34,062 nt of DNA, taken from assembly GCA_030141605.1 (NCBI GenBank), contig JAQGDQ010002430.1:1-34062 (forward strand), read 5' to 3'. This document shows positions 18,312-30,800 of this stretch, piece by piece. The position numbers were made by a program, and so were the translations under genes. The stretch is from Tubiluchus corallicola. Lineage: Eukaryota > Animalia > Priapulida. The notes under the pieces are model-generated. The model did no database searches and was not told the origin of the DNA. It saw only the letters and a program-made list of their open reading frames with translations. Each line of letters begins with the position of its first letter. Within the stretch, counting starts at the first letter, position 1.

Positions 18312-18875
18312 TTGTTTGAAAAATACTTTTACATATTAGTAGATAATGTACTTGCAATATGCTTTTTGCTTTGTTTTTTTGACTTTATAGGCTTACTCCC
18401 CATAGAGGGGTGGTTCATAGAAGAAGGGCTTACAGTAGCTTTTTTTGGTAGTAAGAAACGCAAAAAATACTATGAAGGTATAGCTCGTGAATTAGAAGAC
18501 GAAAAGAACAGTGAACTTAGCAAGTCTATATTTAACGCGGCTGATACGCAAAACTTTATGAAACAAGTAGAAAGACAATCAAATGAAAGCAATAAGCGAC
18601 TACTAAATGCAACAGGAGGGGGCAACACGGCAGAGGCACAAGTAGCAGCACAAGGCAAAACTAACCAAGCAGTAGGCAATGCAATGGGTAATGTAGCTGC
18701 CTATGGAGAGAAACGCAAAGATGCAGTAAGAGACGGTTACAATCAACAAATAGCAGCGGCAAAATTACAAGCTGCCAATCAAACGGGCAGAGGTTGGCAA
18801 GATGCCTCGCAGGTTTTTAATACAATAGGTCAAGGAATAAAAGCCATTACCAGTACAGTGAAACCGTTTACATAA
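18312..18875 (+). CDS. Putative ejection/internal virion protein
   Basis: Ala/Gly/Gln-rich helical body (GGGNTAEAQVAAQG) with a hydrophobic leader. TTG start. Confidence 0.55.
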   Translation: MFEKYFYILVDNVLAICFLLCFFDFIGLLPIEGWFIEEGLTVAFFGSKKRKKYYEGIARELEDEKNSELSKSIFNAADTQNFMKQVERQSNESNKRLLNATGGGNTAEAQVAAQGKTNQAVGNAMGNVAAYGEKRKDAVRDGYNQQIAAAKLQAANQTGRGWQDASQVFNTIGQGIKAITSTVKPFT

Positions 18876-18888
18876 AAAAATATATACT

Positions 18889-20042
18889 ATGGCAAAAAAA
18901 AAAACATAGCAGAAACAGTAGAGCCAGTAGAAGAAGTTACAGGTTTGAACCTCTTTAATATAGCTAACAGAAACTTAGAAGAAAATATAAACAACACCAA
19001 GCAAAAAGTTAAAGAAGGTAGAACCATCAGCCCATTAAATAGTAATTTTTGGCAAAGCACAGATGCACAAAAAGAAAACAAGCAACAACATAAAACTGCT
19101 AAACTCAATAAGGCAGTAGTAGATAGCATACAAAGAAATGCACCCGAATACCTTCAAGGGGGAGCGGTAAGCATCCAGCCTTCCACTTCTAATAATACCG
19201 CTTCTCCTTCCTCTCGAACATATTTAGACGATATTACCAAGACGCAAACGGATATAGCCCAAAAAAGCGATATACCTTTAAACTTGCTTGGACTATTTGG
19301 CAAGCCGTCAGCAGTAAAAGAACCGCCTCCCGAATTAGACGTTGAGGGGCTAAAAAGATTAAAAAAACAAGAAAAGATAACAAAATGGTTACACGGTTTA
19401 CACGGTATAGGTAACACATTGTCGGCTATGGGTGGTAGAGCAGTAGTAAAAGCAGAGGATACACCTTTGGGAAAACTAAAAGCAAAAGAACAAGCACTAT
19501 ACAACAAATGGCGAGAAGCCGTAAGCAATAGTAGGCAAGTAGAGGCAAACAGAAAACTCAAAGATATTGAAAGTGCAAATGAACTTGCCAAGTTCCTTAT
19601 GAATAAAGGCTTAGACCACAAAAACACCTTAGACTTAGAAGGTTTGAAACAAAAGGGTAGAGAGAAAATACAAAGGCAAAAAATGGCAAGTAAAAAAACG
19701 GACAAAGAAAAACCAATAGACCCGATAGAAAGATTAAGCTACCTAATACCACAAGACTTTGTGGATAAACAAATTAAAAACATAGGTTACACGAAAAAAT
19801 TTATAAACCCATTTGGAATAACCACTGAAAAACCCGCTACCCTACTTGACCTAAACAAGGAACAGCTAAGAAGATTATCCAACGACTACCTTGCAAGTGT
19901 AGACCCTACTATCAACCCTAGCACCTTTACCACCGAGCAACTAATAGAGCTGATAGAAAAAAGGAATAATTTTAGCGAATTTGAAGAAAAACCCGCCAAC
20001 AATATGGAGGCTAAGGGAATGCTACAAAGCCAGACTAATTAA
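18889..20042 (+). CDS. Putative ejection/internal virion protein; start separated by a -1 shift in an A11 run
   Basis: ATG 18889 followed by A11 (18894-18904) hits TAG. One extra A gives MAKKKNIAETVEPVEEVTGLNLF..., in frame with the called ORF 18945..20042. Confidence 0.65.
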
Positions 20043-20050
20043 CTAATAGT

Positions 20051-23000
20051 ATGGAAAGAATAAGGTATAAAGTGGGTGAAAAAACTTATTTAATCCCTTT
20101 AAATAGAGAAAGTGATTTTAAAATGCGTTACCCAGAGGCAGTACTTTTACCCCCAAAAATAATCCCCACTTTACAAGAACAAATAAGCAAAAAAGTAAGA
20201 GATGCTGCCCCTCCCTTAGAACAACAAATAAATAAAAAAGTAAGCTCACCTACTCTACAAGAACAAATAACTAGCCCATCTATCGACAAAAGGCAAACAG
20301 GGTTTTCAAGAACACCAAGTACTACCACCACTGATATACCCCAAGAATATAAGGAAGTATACGAAAAATTGAACACCGAAACACTGGGTAGAGGTATGGG
20401 AGCAGTACTGCCTCTAAATGAACAGGAAAGACCCTCACAATTCAATATAGCCGATTTTAAACAATCACATAAACAATATTTACAAGATATTGCAAGGCAA
20501 AAACTATTACAGGAAGCACAAGAAGAACAAAGCAATATTCTACCCTTTGGAGAGGCTAAGTACAGAGAAAAAATAGAGACACTGGCAAGTGAGCAAGGTA
20601 AAAAAGTAGCAGAATTAGAAGAAGAACTACACAGAGCAAATACAATACAAGACAGCAAAGAAATAAGTAAATTGTTTTTGCTCCAAGCTGCGGATAGAAA
20701 CCAACAAAACAAAGAAAACTTACTACAAACCTACTTCCCTCTACTACAATCAAGCAAGGGACAATATCAAGACTTGAATATGAAAGACTACTTTTATTTA
20801 TCGGGCTTAAATAAAACCACTGACGAACTTCTCAAAAGTAGCCAAGATATAATAAATACAACAGATGAAAACGAAGGATTTGGACAGTTCTTTATGGGTA
20901 TTGGACACGGACTCACTGATTATGTAATGGAGTATGTAGACTTGTTTCGTAACGGAAATAATGAAGTTCATAAACAATTGGAAGATAAGGCAAAAAAAAT
21001 ACAAAAAGGAGAAGATTTTTCGCTTAATGAAATAGAAATAGATTATCTAAAAGCATTAGGGACACTGAATTTTATGTTGGAAAACTATATGCCAGAAGCT
21101 CCCTATACTAAACAAATAGGAGAAATGGCAGGGGGGTCAATAGGTTTTATGATAGAGTTTGCAATGACAGGAGGTATGGCAGGTTCATTGGGACGCAAAG
21201 TATCCAAAAGTGTATATAAAAAATTATTAGACAGTGGTTTTAAAACAAAGGCAGCTAAAAATGTGAGCAAAGGCACAGGCTTTACAACATCGACCATAGC
21301 ACAAGCAAGCATACTCCCCTCTACCACAAAGGATATTCTCACCAATGTAGGAGAAGGGAAAACTACGGCAAAAGACTTTACAAAAGCCTATTGGGACAAT
21401 ATAGCAGAAGTATTTTCAGAGCGTCTATTTATGGGTCTTGCCCTGCCCAAAGGTGCAAAAGGAATAAAGGGAATGCAAGCAAGTAATGGTTTTGAAAAGA
21501 TACTCAAACAAGTAGGTAGTGCATTGTCGGGAAGAGGCAAGGGAGTAGGTAGCTATGTACGTGCAACAGGCGAGGAAGCCTTGGAGGAAAAAATAGCAGA
21601 GTTTTTACAGTACTTTGGTAGTGAACAGTCAGCAGAACAATTTTGGGACAACTTTTTTGACTTAAAAAATAACCTAATAATGTTGGGTGGTGTTGCAAGT
21701 ATAACGGGCGGTATGAACTCGTTACGAATAGGTACGAGCTTAGTAGATAATGTAAGAGCCAGTAAAAGATTGAGAGAAGCACAAAATTATTTAAATCCAG
21801 AAGTACAAAAAACAATAGATAGCATAGTATCAGACGAAAATTTATCTATTAATGAAAAAGGAGAAGCAGTTCACAATATAATAGCAAGTGCAATAGAGAC
21901 TGCCCAAAGCATAACAGAAATTAACGACTTTGTAAGCTCTATTTCTAATTATTATACTTGGAAAATGCGGGATGCAGGGAATATGACTGATAGTAGACGT
22001 GCAAAAATTGAAACCGAGCAAAATATAAAAGATACTGAACAATTACAAGTAGAATCAGATATACAAGGCAGTCCTACACAGGAAACAGAAGCAGCAATAC
22101 AAACCACAGAACAACCAGAATTTCAAATAGGAGATGATATTACTTTTGGAGGAAATGAATTTAAGGTAACACAAATAACCCCTGATGGTATAGTAGTAAT
22201 AGATAAGAATAAACCAAAAAATGAAGAAACAGGACTCCCTAATGTAACATTTATACCACAAACAGAAGTCATTGATGCAAAAAGAATAGAGACAGAAAAC
22301 ACCCCTGATGTAGTAGAACCAGAACCTACCGAAACAGCAGCAGCCCCTACGGAGGCTATTGAGCAAACAGAAAATACAGAGCAAATACTCCCTATTGAAT
22401 TTGACGACAAAGGCGAGGTTATTAATGCGGTAAAAATAGATGAAAACAACTACCGTATTAAGGAACAGTTTAGAGAAAAAAAGAAAGCCGAAAAAGTAAT
22501 TAAGATATTAGAAAATCAATTTGAAGAAGAATTTGACTTTACATTAGAAAGCGTAAGAAAAGACCCAAACAACCCATTTTCAAAGGTATATGAAATAAAG
22601 ATTAAGAAAAAAGGAGCAACCACAGAACAAACACCACAGGAAACCATAGCAGGACCTACTACCACAGAACAAACACCACAGGAAAACATAGCAGAACCTA
22701 CTACCACAGAGCAAACACCACAGGAAAACATAACAGGACCTACTACCACAGAACAAACACCACAGGAAACCATAACAGGACCTACTACCACAGAACAAAC
22801 ACCACAAGAAAACATAGCAGAACCTACTACCACAGAGCAAACACCACAAGAAAACATAACAGGACCTACTACCACAGAGCAAACACCACAAGAAAACATA
22901 ACAGGACCTACTACCACAGAGCAAACACCACAAGAAAACATAACAGGACCTACTACCACAGAACAAACACCACAAGAAACCATAACAGGACCTACTACCA

Positions 23001-24460
23001 CAGAGCAAACACCACAGGAAACCATAACAGAACCACCCGCAGAGAAAAAAAGCAGAGTTCCTACCATACCAGAATCTAAAACATCACCCCCCACAGAAGA
23101 AAAGACAAGTTTAAAATCCGAAACAGCCATAGGGCAAGTAGGCGACTACAATAAAGATTTTGCAGCAGCCAAAAAGTTAAGAGGCAAAGAAACTACTATT
23201 GCAATGCCAAACGGTGAAACAAGGCAAGCACGCTATATGGTAGTAGAAGCAAAGGATATACTTGCCTCCCATAATGAAGACACATTTAACACCACAAAAG
23301 GCTACCCTGTAACAGCACAAGGGCAAAACATTAATGATAGAAATTACAAGGCAGACAAAAACGCTCAATTGGAAGTAGATAGAATAGCTAAAAACCTTAA
23401 TTCAAACATTCTTATTACTAATGCAGCCACCCCTGAAAGTGGCGTACCAATTATATCTCGCGATGGTATAGTAATATCGGGCAATGGTAGAATGATGGGA
23501 CTAAAAAAAGCAATAGCCTCTATACCCGAAAACTACGAAAGATATAGAAACAAATTGGCGAAGGATGCTAAAATATTTGAAATTGAACCTAACAACTTGG
23601 AGGAATTTGCCTATCCTGTTTTGGTTAAGATAGACAAAAATTTTAATAACTACTCTCCCGCTGAACTATCTCTATTTAACACCTCTGCTATGAAAGGCGA
23701 ACGTGTGCAAGATAAAGTGAGAGCATTGGGCAATATAATAAAACAAAATCCTCAAGCCTTGTCTGGTATTATGAACTTGATAAGTAAGTTTGAAAAGCTA
23801 AGTGATTTCTATAATAGCCAATCTGGGATGATAAGGCTAAAAAAAATACTCTTAGACAATGGTATTATACAAAAACAAGAACTACCTACCTATTTTATCA
23901 GAAGTAGTGGTATTACAGCCATAGGCAAACTTTACATAGAAAATGCCTTGTTAGGTATAGTATTAAAGGCAAAAACAATAGAACTACTTAATATAGAGGG
24001 AATGGGCGATGTTAGAAATATAGTAATAAGAGCTTTGCCAAGTATTATAGATAACCTAAGACTACCCCAAGAATATCATCTGTATAACAATATCAACAAG
24101 GCCATAGAACTGGAACATCAAATAAGAAAAGGAAATTTTAAACAAACTGGTAGTGAACACTGGATAAACGTAGAGAGTTTTTTTATGCAAACTTCTATGT
24201 TTAGCCGCAAAGATTATCATATTAACGATAGGTATGTAAATATTCTTTTAAATGAAGGTATTGTTAAATTTAAAAAACACTTAAATTTGTTTAATGATAC
24301 TGCAAAACGTGATAGCACGAATACTCTCTTTACCACAGAAAAAAGAACAAAATATAGTATATTAAGAGAATTAGTATTAAAAGTAAACCCCAAAATAAAA
24401 CCTTATAACTATGATAGCAGCACCAATATTAAAGAAGATAGCAGAGAACCACCCATTAAA
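20051..24460 (+). CDS. Giant polyvalent virion protein, N-terminal part with DdrB-like ParB domain (the ORF as called runs on to 24853)
   Basis: Gly/Ala-rich membrane-like segments, a T/E/P-rich repeat, then ARYMVVEA..ASHN..NDRNY..GVPII..GIVISGNGR (ddrB-ParB-like). Confidence 0.75.
22616..23035 (+). repeat. 42-bp coding tandem repeat x10 (TTTEQTPQE(N/T)I(T/A)(G/E)P)
   Basis: Directly visible in both the DNA and the translation. Confidence 0.95.
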
Positions 24461-24853
24461 TACGCACCGATGGACTACCTGTTCCGCAACCTGACGGAGG
24501 AGTTGGAGGAGGAACACCAACAAGGGATAGAGGACTGGGCAATAAGGATGGGAGCGAAAGACAAAGCGGATATGAATCTGACACGGATGGCAGTAGCAGT
24601 AGCGGAAGTACTATATCTAATGATGGAGAACAAAGCAATAACGGAGTTCGTGTTGGCGAATCCGAGCGAGCATTGGAGAATAGCACTACCCGAGATACTG
24701 AACCCAGAGGAGGCGATACTATTCATAGAACAGGACAGAAAAAGTCCGATGAACCCCAACCCGCTGACAGAAAGAGACAAAGGATTCTTAAAAAACTTTC
24801 TCAACGAGATTTTAGCAAAGACCCCGTTAAACGAGGGAGTAGAGAGGATATAG
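24411..24853 (+). CDS. Candidate nested (overprinted) gene of ~147 aa, broken by the same 1-nt indel as the giant gene
   Basis: ATG 24411 gives MIAAPILKKIAENHPL. With one extra A it continues KYAPMDYLFRNLTEELEEEHQQGIEDWAIRMG...GVERI*. Confidence 0.5.
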
Positions 24854-27800
24854 CAGCGACCGTTCCGCAACTATACCCCGAACAACAGGAAGATACATAT
24901 AAAGCAGAAAAGCAACTTTTCAAAAAAGAAGGATTAAACAAGGGCATACTATTTACCAATGGTACAGGCACAGGCAAAACCTATACAGGAATGGGTATTG
25001 CTAAAAGGTTTGTGTTAGAAGGTAAAAAAAACATTCTTATCGTAGTTCCCACAGACAAAAAGTCCAATGATTGGATTGACGAAGGGGCAAATTTAGACCT
25101 AACAATAACCCAACTTGAAACTACCAAAGATAAAGGCAAGGGTATAGTAGTAACTACCTATGCTAATTTCAGACAAAATAAAGCATTACAAAGTAGAGAC
25201 TTTGACCTTATTATATACGATGAAAGCCAGCACTTAGGACAGAATGCACAAGGTAATAATACTGAGGCTTTTGAGGCACACAAAAGAGCGGCAAAACTAC
25301 CAACTTATGCTTATAACTTAATAAAAGAAAAATATAGAAAAGAAATACCTGAAATGCCCGATGAGCCGACTTGGACTAATTATGAAGGGGACGAGAATAA
25401 ATACAAAAAAGACTATGCCGTTTACGAAAAGGAAAGAAAAGAGTGGAAAGGAAAATATGAAAAAATAAAAGATAAAATTTCCAAAGAGGCAAAACAGCTA
25501 ATAGACAATACCAAAGTAGTATTCTTATCTGCTACCCCTTTTGCATACCACAAAAGCATCTTATATGTAGATGGAACACTGATAGAGATATACCAACATT
25601 TGGATGATTACGCTAATAGAAAATTAGATAAGAGTTATGGTGATAGCTACTATGATAGATATAACCAATTTTTCATAAATAATTTTGGCTATCGAATAAG
25701 ATACAATAAGCTCACTTACCCAAAATCGAGTGTAGATGTGGGACTTATGGAACGTATGTTCTATGAAAATATGAAAAAAGAAGGACTTATTTCTGGTAGG
25801 TCGCTTAAATTAGATATAGATTACTCACGTGAATTTGTATTGTTGGACAGTACATTAGGTAAGGAGATACAAAGCGGACTTGACAGGCTACACGATATTG
25901 ATTCATTTCACAATGAATACCCATTATTACAAGCAAATTTCAGGAAAAAATGGAATAGTCTATATATCTCTCAATTATTAGAGAGCATCAAGGCGAACAA
26001 AATCATTGCCCGAATTGATGAACATTTAAAACTCAATAGAAAAGTAGTTGTTTTTCATAACTACAACAACGCTTTACCCTCGCATCCTTTTAGATTTACA
26101 GTAGATGGGTTAATGCCTAATGAGTACAGTAAATATAAAATAGAAGCGTTACAAAAAGAGATAGATAAATTTAACATTGAGTATAGCCACCTTGTTAATT
26201 TAGATGTTTCTTCATTAGAAAATCCCTTAAAATTATTTCAAAGAGTTTACCGAGACAAAGCCGTTGCCTTTAATGGCAAAGTGCCTAAAAAAATAAGACG
26301 TGAAAATGTAAATAAGTTTAATACTACTAATTCGGGAACGGATATAATTATCGTACAGATAAAAGCAGGAAAAGAAGGTATTTCTCTGCACGATACAGAG
26401 GGAAAACAACAACGTGTATTAATCAACTTAGGACTTCCGACAGCCCCAACTGATGCAATACAAAGCGAAGGACGTATATACAGGATAGGCTCAAAATCTA
26501 ACGCCATAATAGAATACCCTATTATAAATACTTCGTTTGAACAATTTGCTTTTGGTCATAAGATAGCCACACGTTCTAAAACTGCCGAAAACTTAGCATT
26601 AGGAGAGGAAGCCCGTAATTTAGAACAATCTTTTATTGATGGCTACATCAACCATACACAAGAATTGCCCATTAAAGAGCAAGGAATAGGAGGAAAAGGT
26701 AAAGATAAAGCAATCGTAGAAGAATTAAGTAACTTTAAAAGAGCAAAAGCCTTTTACTATGGGCAAGAAACTAAAACCCGTAGCACCAAAAGTAGAGAAG
26801 GAATAGATTATTACCCTACACCAGAACCTATTGGGCTTAAAATGACCCAATGGCTAAGAGCCAAACCCGATGAAAAGCTACTTGAACCGAGTGCTGGACA
26901 CGGAGCAATAGCCCGTTTCTTTCCATCGGACACAAAAAACACGTTCATAGAACCCAGTTATGACCTACTATCGATACTCTCACTAAGAGCAAAGGGCGAA
27001 AAAGAGAATATAAGATTTGAAGACCACCATACAATAAATAAATACGATGGTATAGCAATGAACCCACCCTATGGGGTGCGTTCCAAGACCGCAGGAGAAC
27101 ACTTAAAAAAAGCCTATAATCACTTAAAAACAGATGGTAGACTTGTAGCCCTTGTGCCACAAGGGGCGAGTATGCAAAAACACATAAACAACATACTTAC
27201 ATACAGCAAAAAAACAAAAGACCTTACAACAAACAGGGAGATTGTAGAAACATTACCTACTGATGCACGTTTGATAATGGATATAAAACTCCCCTCTGTA
27301 AGCTTTGAAAAGGCAGGCACAGCAATACCCACCCGTATAATAGTGATAGATAAGCATTTTTCTTACGATGCACCTATGCCATCTGTGCAAAAGATAGACC
27401 TTAGCCACATAAAAGATATTAACGAACTATTTGATGCAATAGAACTGATAGAAGAACCCCTAAGAATAAGAGAACAAATAGAAGAAGAAAATAGAAGAAA
27501 TAACACAAATTATAAAATAAGTGAAAGTGCCAACCTAATAACCCGTAGAGGAACAGAAACAATTTTAAAAGCCTTACAAAGCAAAATAGGCGTACCTATC
27601 AATGTTATTAGTACCCCTGAAATACCAAGTTTTGTAAAAGAAAGGATACCGACAAACACCAACTTAAAAGACATAAAAGGATTTTGTACAAATGGGGAAG
27701 CCTATATCGTGGCAGACAACATAAAAGACCCCGTAACAGCACTGAAAACCTATATACACGAGGCAGTAGGACACAAATCGCTAAGCGAAATGTTGGGTAA

Positions 27801-30800
27801 TGAATACTATAACTTACTCAATGACAGCTACAATCTAATGACGGATGAAGAAGTAGAAAGAATAAGCAAGCTTTACGGAACTTCAAATGTAAAGATAATA
27901 GCCGAAGAGTACTTAGCGGAATTATCAGAATTGGGAGAATTGCCCAAGCAAAAAAGCAAGCTCCAAGAACTAATAAATAGCCTATGGGAAATGATAAGGG
28001 AGTTTTTGGGCTTAAAAGACTTTACACGAACCGACCTTATAAGATTGTTGCATAATCATAAGAATAGACTAATAAACAAAGGATATACAAGTAATGTAGA
28101 ATATGATACAGTATTAAACAGTAACTATGTGTCAAGTAGAATAAGTAAGGAAAACAACAACGATACAAGGTTTAAGGTAGCAAAGGATTCTAAACAAAAC
28201 AAACCCAAACAACAACAACAATCCTTTGTACATAGTAGAAGGCAAAAAATAGAACGTAATGTACTTGACCGTATGTTGAGCGTAAAACTACTGCAACGAG
28301 AAATAGAAAAACAAGGAGGCAATATAAGCGACTTTGCAAATGTGTATGAAAAAGAAAACCAAGCCAGCTCGCGAGTAATGGCAAAGATGGATGAATACAA
28401 TAGAAATATTGGCGACATTCTGCTAAAAAACGTAGCGGAATTAATGAAGAAGTACAAATTGAGCGAAGAAGAAGTAGTAGATTATATGAAATCTAAGCAC
28501 GGCTTAGAACGTAATAAATTGATGCGTAAAAGGGCTGAAACACTAAACGAAAAACTTAAAGAAGTTGGGCGAGAAGATATGGAAGATATTTTTATAAGAC
28601 AAAACTACTCTGGCTACACAGATGCAGAGGCCGAGGTCATCATAAAAAAATATGAAAATATTTTCACAAATGAGGAGCAATATAACTTATGGGAAAGTGT
28701 AAGAAAAGCAACAGACTTTTCATTAAAAGCCTTACGTGATTATGGACGGTTGAGTCAAAGCCTTTATGAACACATTAGCAAAATGTATAAACATTACGTA
28801 CCCCTTAGAGGTTGGCTACCAGAACTTACCGAAGATATGGACTTTGACTATGGAGGTAGTAACGATATTGTTTATGAATGGTTTTTTCAAGGAGCAAAGG
28901 GACGTACAAGCAAATCGGATAATCCACTTGCATATATACAAAGTATGGCATACAGTTCAGTAATAGCAGGCGAAAATAACCTTGTAAAACAAGCTTTTTT
29001 TCAACTTGTTGGCGAAAACAAAAAGTTTATAGGCAAATATTATAGACCGCAAAAAGTTTACTTTGTCAGAACCGACAAAACAACAGAAGAAGGGAGAAAA
29101 ATTTGGGAAGAAAAATTACTTCCCTATGAACACGAACTCTCTGACCCCGAGAAATTTAGAACAGAAATTCCATCAGGCAGCGTAATTGTAAGATATTCGC
29201 CCAATTACAAACAAAGACAACATTTTGTAGAGACTTATTTTGATGGTAAAAAGTTTATAATGGATGTAGCCGACCCCGAAGTAGCAAGGGCGATAAATGG
29301 CAAGCATCACGAGACAAAAGGATTTGCAAGCACCTTAGCAAGTGGGGGGCATCTTATAAACAAAACACTACTGGGCAAGTCTACGAGAATTTTATCTGGT
29401 TTAATGACTGTATTTAACCCCAACTTTATATTCTTTAACTACTTACGAGATGTGCCGTATGCGATGACACGATTAGGTATAAAAGGGGCTTCGAACAAAG
29501 ATATGATAGCGTTTAGTAAATTTATGAAAAATTCGTTCCCCACCATACATAGAGCAGCGGTAAAAGGATTGAATGAAAATACTCCCATAGATGTATACTA
29601 TAAACAATTTGTAATGGGCGGAGGACAAACAGGCTACGCATATTTGCACGAATTGGAAAGCACTAAACAAAAAATTTCGACCCAACTAAAAAGATACAGC
29701 GGAACAAATACAATTTATGATAAAGCTATCTACAATAACATAACCAAAGGAGTAAGTAATGGCTTACGGTACTTAGCCAAAATGAGTGAAGATAGTACCC
29801 GTTTTGCTACCTATTTGTTGTCTTTGCACCAAGGGAAAACGCATCAACAGGCTATTGCAGACGCTAAAAACGTTACAGTAAACTTTAATAGAAAAGGAGT
29901 AATAGCACCCTTTATGAAATCGCTTTATGCTTTCTCTAATGCTGGCTTACAGGGTCTCCACAATGCCGTAGATATGGCAAAGAAAAACCCAAAAACCTTT
30001 ACATCCGTAGCCTTAGCTAATATGCTACTTGGTTTTATCAACTTTACTTTACAGGACCTTGTAAGTATAGAGGATGACGAGGAAAGCTTTGAGTTTAGCC
30101 ATTATAGTACACTCAATGACTACGTAAAAAAGAACAACCTAATAATGATGACAGGAGAAAAAGACAAACATATCAAAGTACCTTTACCCTTCGTATTTAG
30201 AGCTTTTTATGGCTTAGGAGGAACAATATATGAAGTAATGAACGGAGATAAGAATAGAACAGAGGCACTAATAAGCATAATGGAAGGCTTTAATGATAGT
30301 CTGTTCCCTATCGACGTTACTTCTGCTATTACAGCCTCTAAAAAAGAGGGAACAATGAGAATATTTGTACCAACGGGCTTATCGCCTATCTATGGCAGTT
30401 TTAGTAATATCAACTTTATGGGATATGACATATATAGAGAAGGCTTTACCAAAATACAACAAGAATATGACCCCTCGTACACAAGGGCAAAAACATATAC
30501 TAATCCTATATGGATAGAATTGAGCAAGATAATTAATAAATTGGCAGGAGGCGAAGAAAATATAAGCTCTGGCAACATAGGAGATATACCCCCCGAAGTA
30601 TTTAAACATCTATTTCAAGGCTACACAGGAGGAGTAGGCACATTTCTTAACCAAACAATGGAAACAATAATAAACCTTGCAAAGGGTGAAAAAGTAGAAT
30701 GGAGCAATGTACCCGTACTAACAAGGGTATTGGGCGGAGGACGAAGAAATTATAATATCCTATCTCAAAAATATTACCCAATAAAAAGAGAACTGATAGA

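Noticed and set aside
15300-19500. Apparent GC-skew change around 18.5-19 kb as an origin or terminus
   Set aside because: This is a visual impression only and is confounded by amino-acid composition. It needs a cumulative skew computation.
22516-23130. Antisense Cys/Val-rich ORFs (also 13928-14692 and 10842-11225)
   Set aside because: They are antisense shadows of coding tandem repeats.
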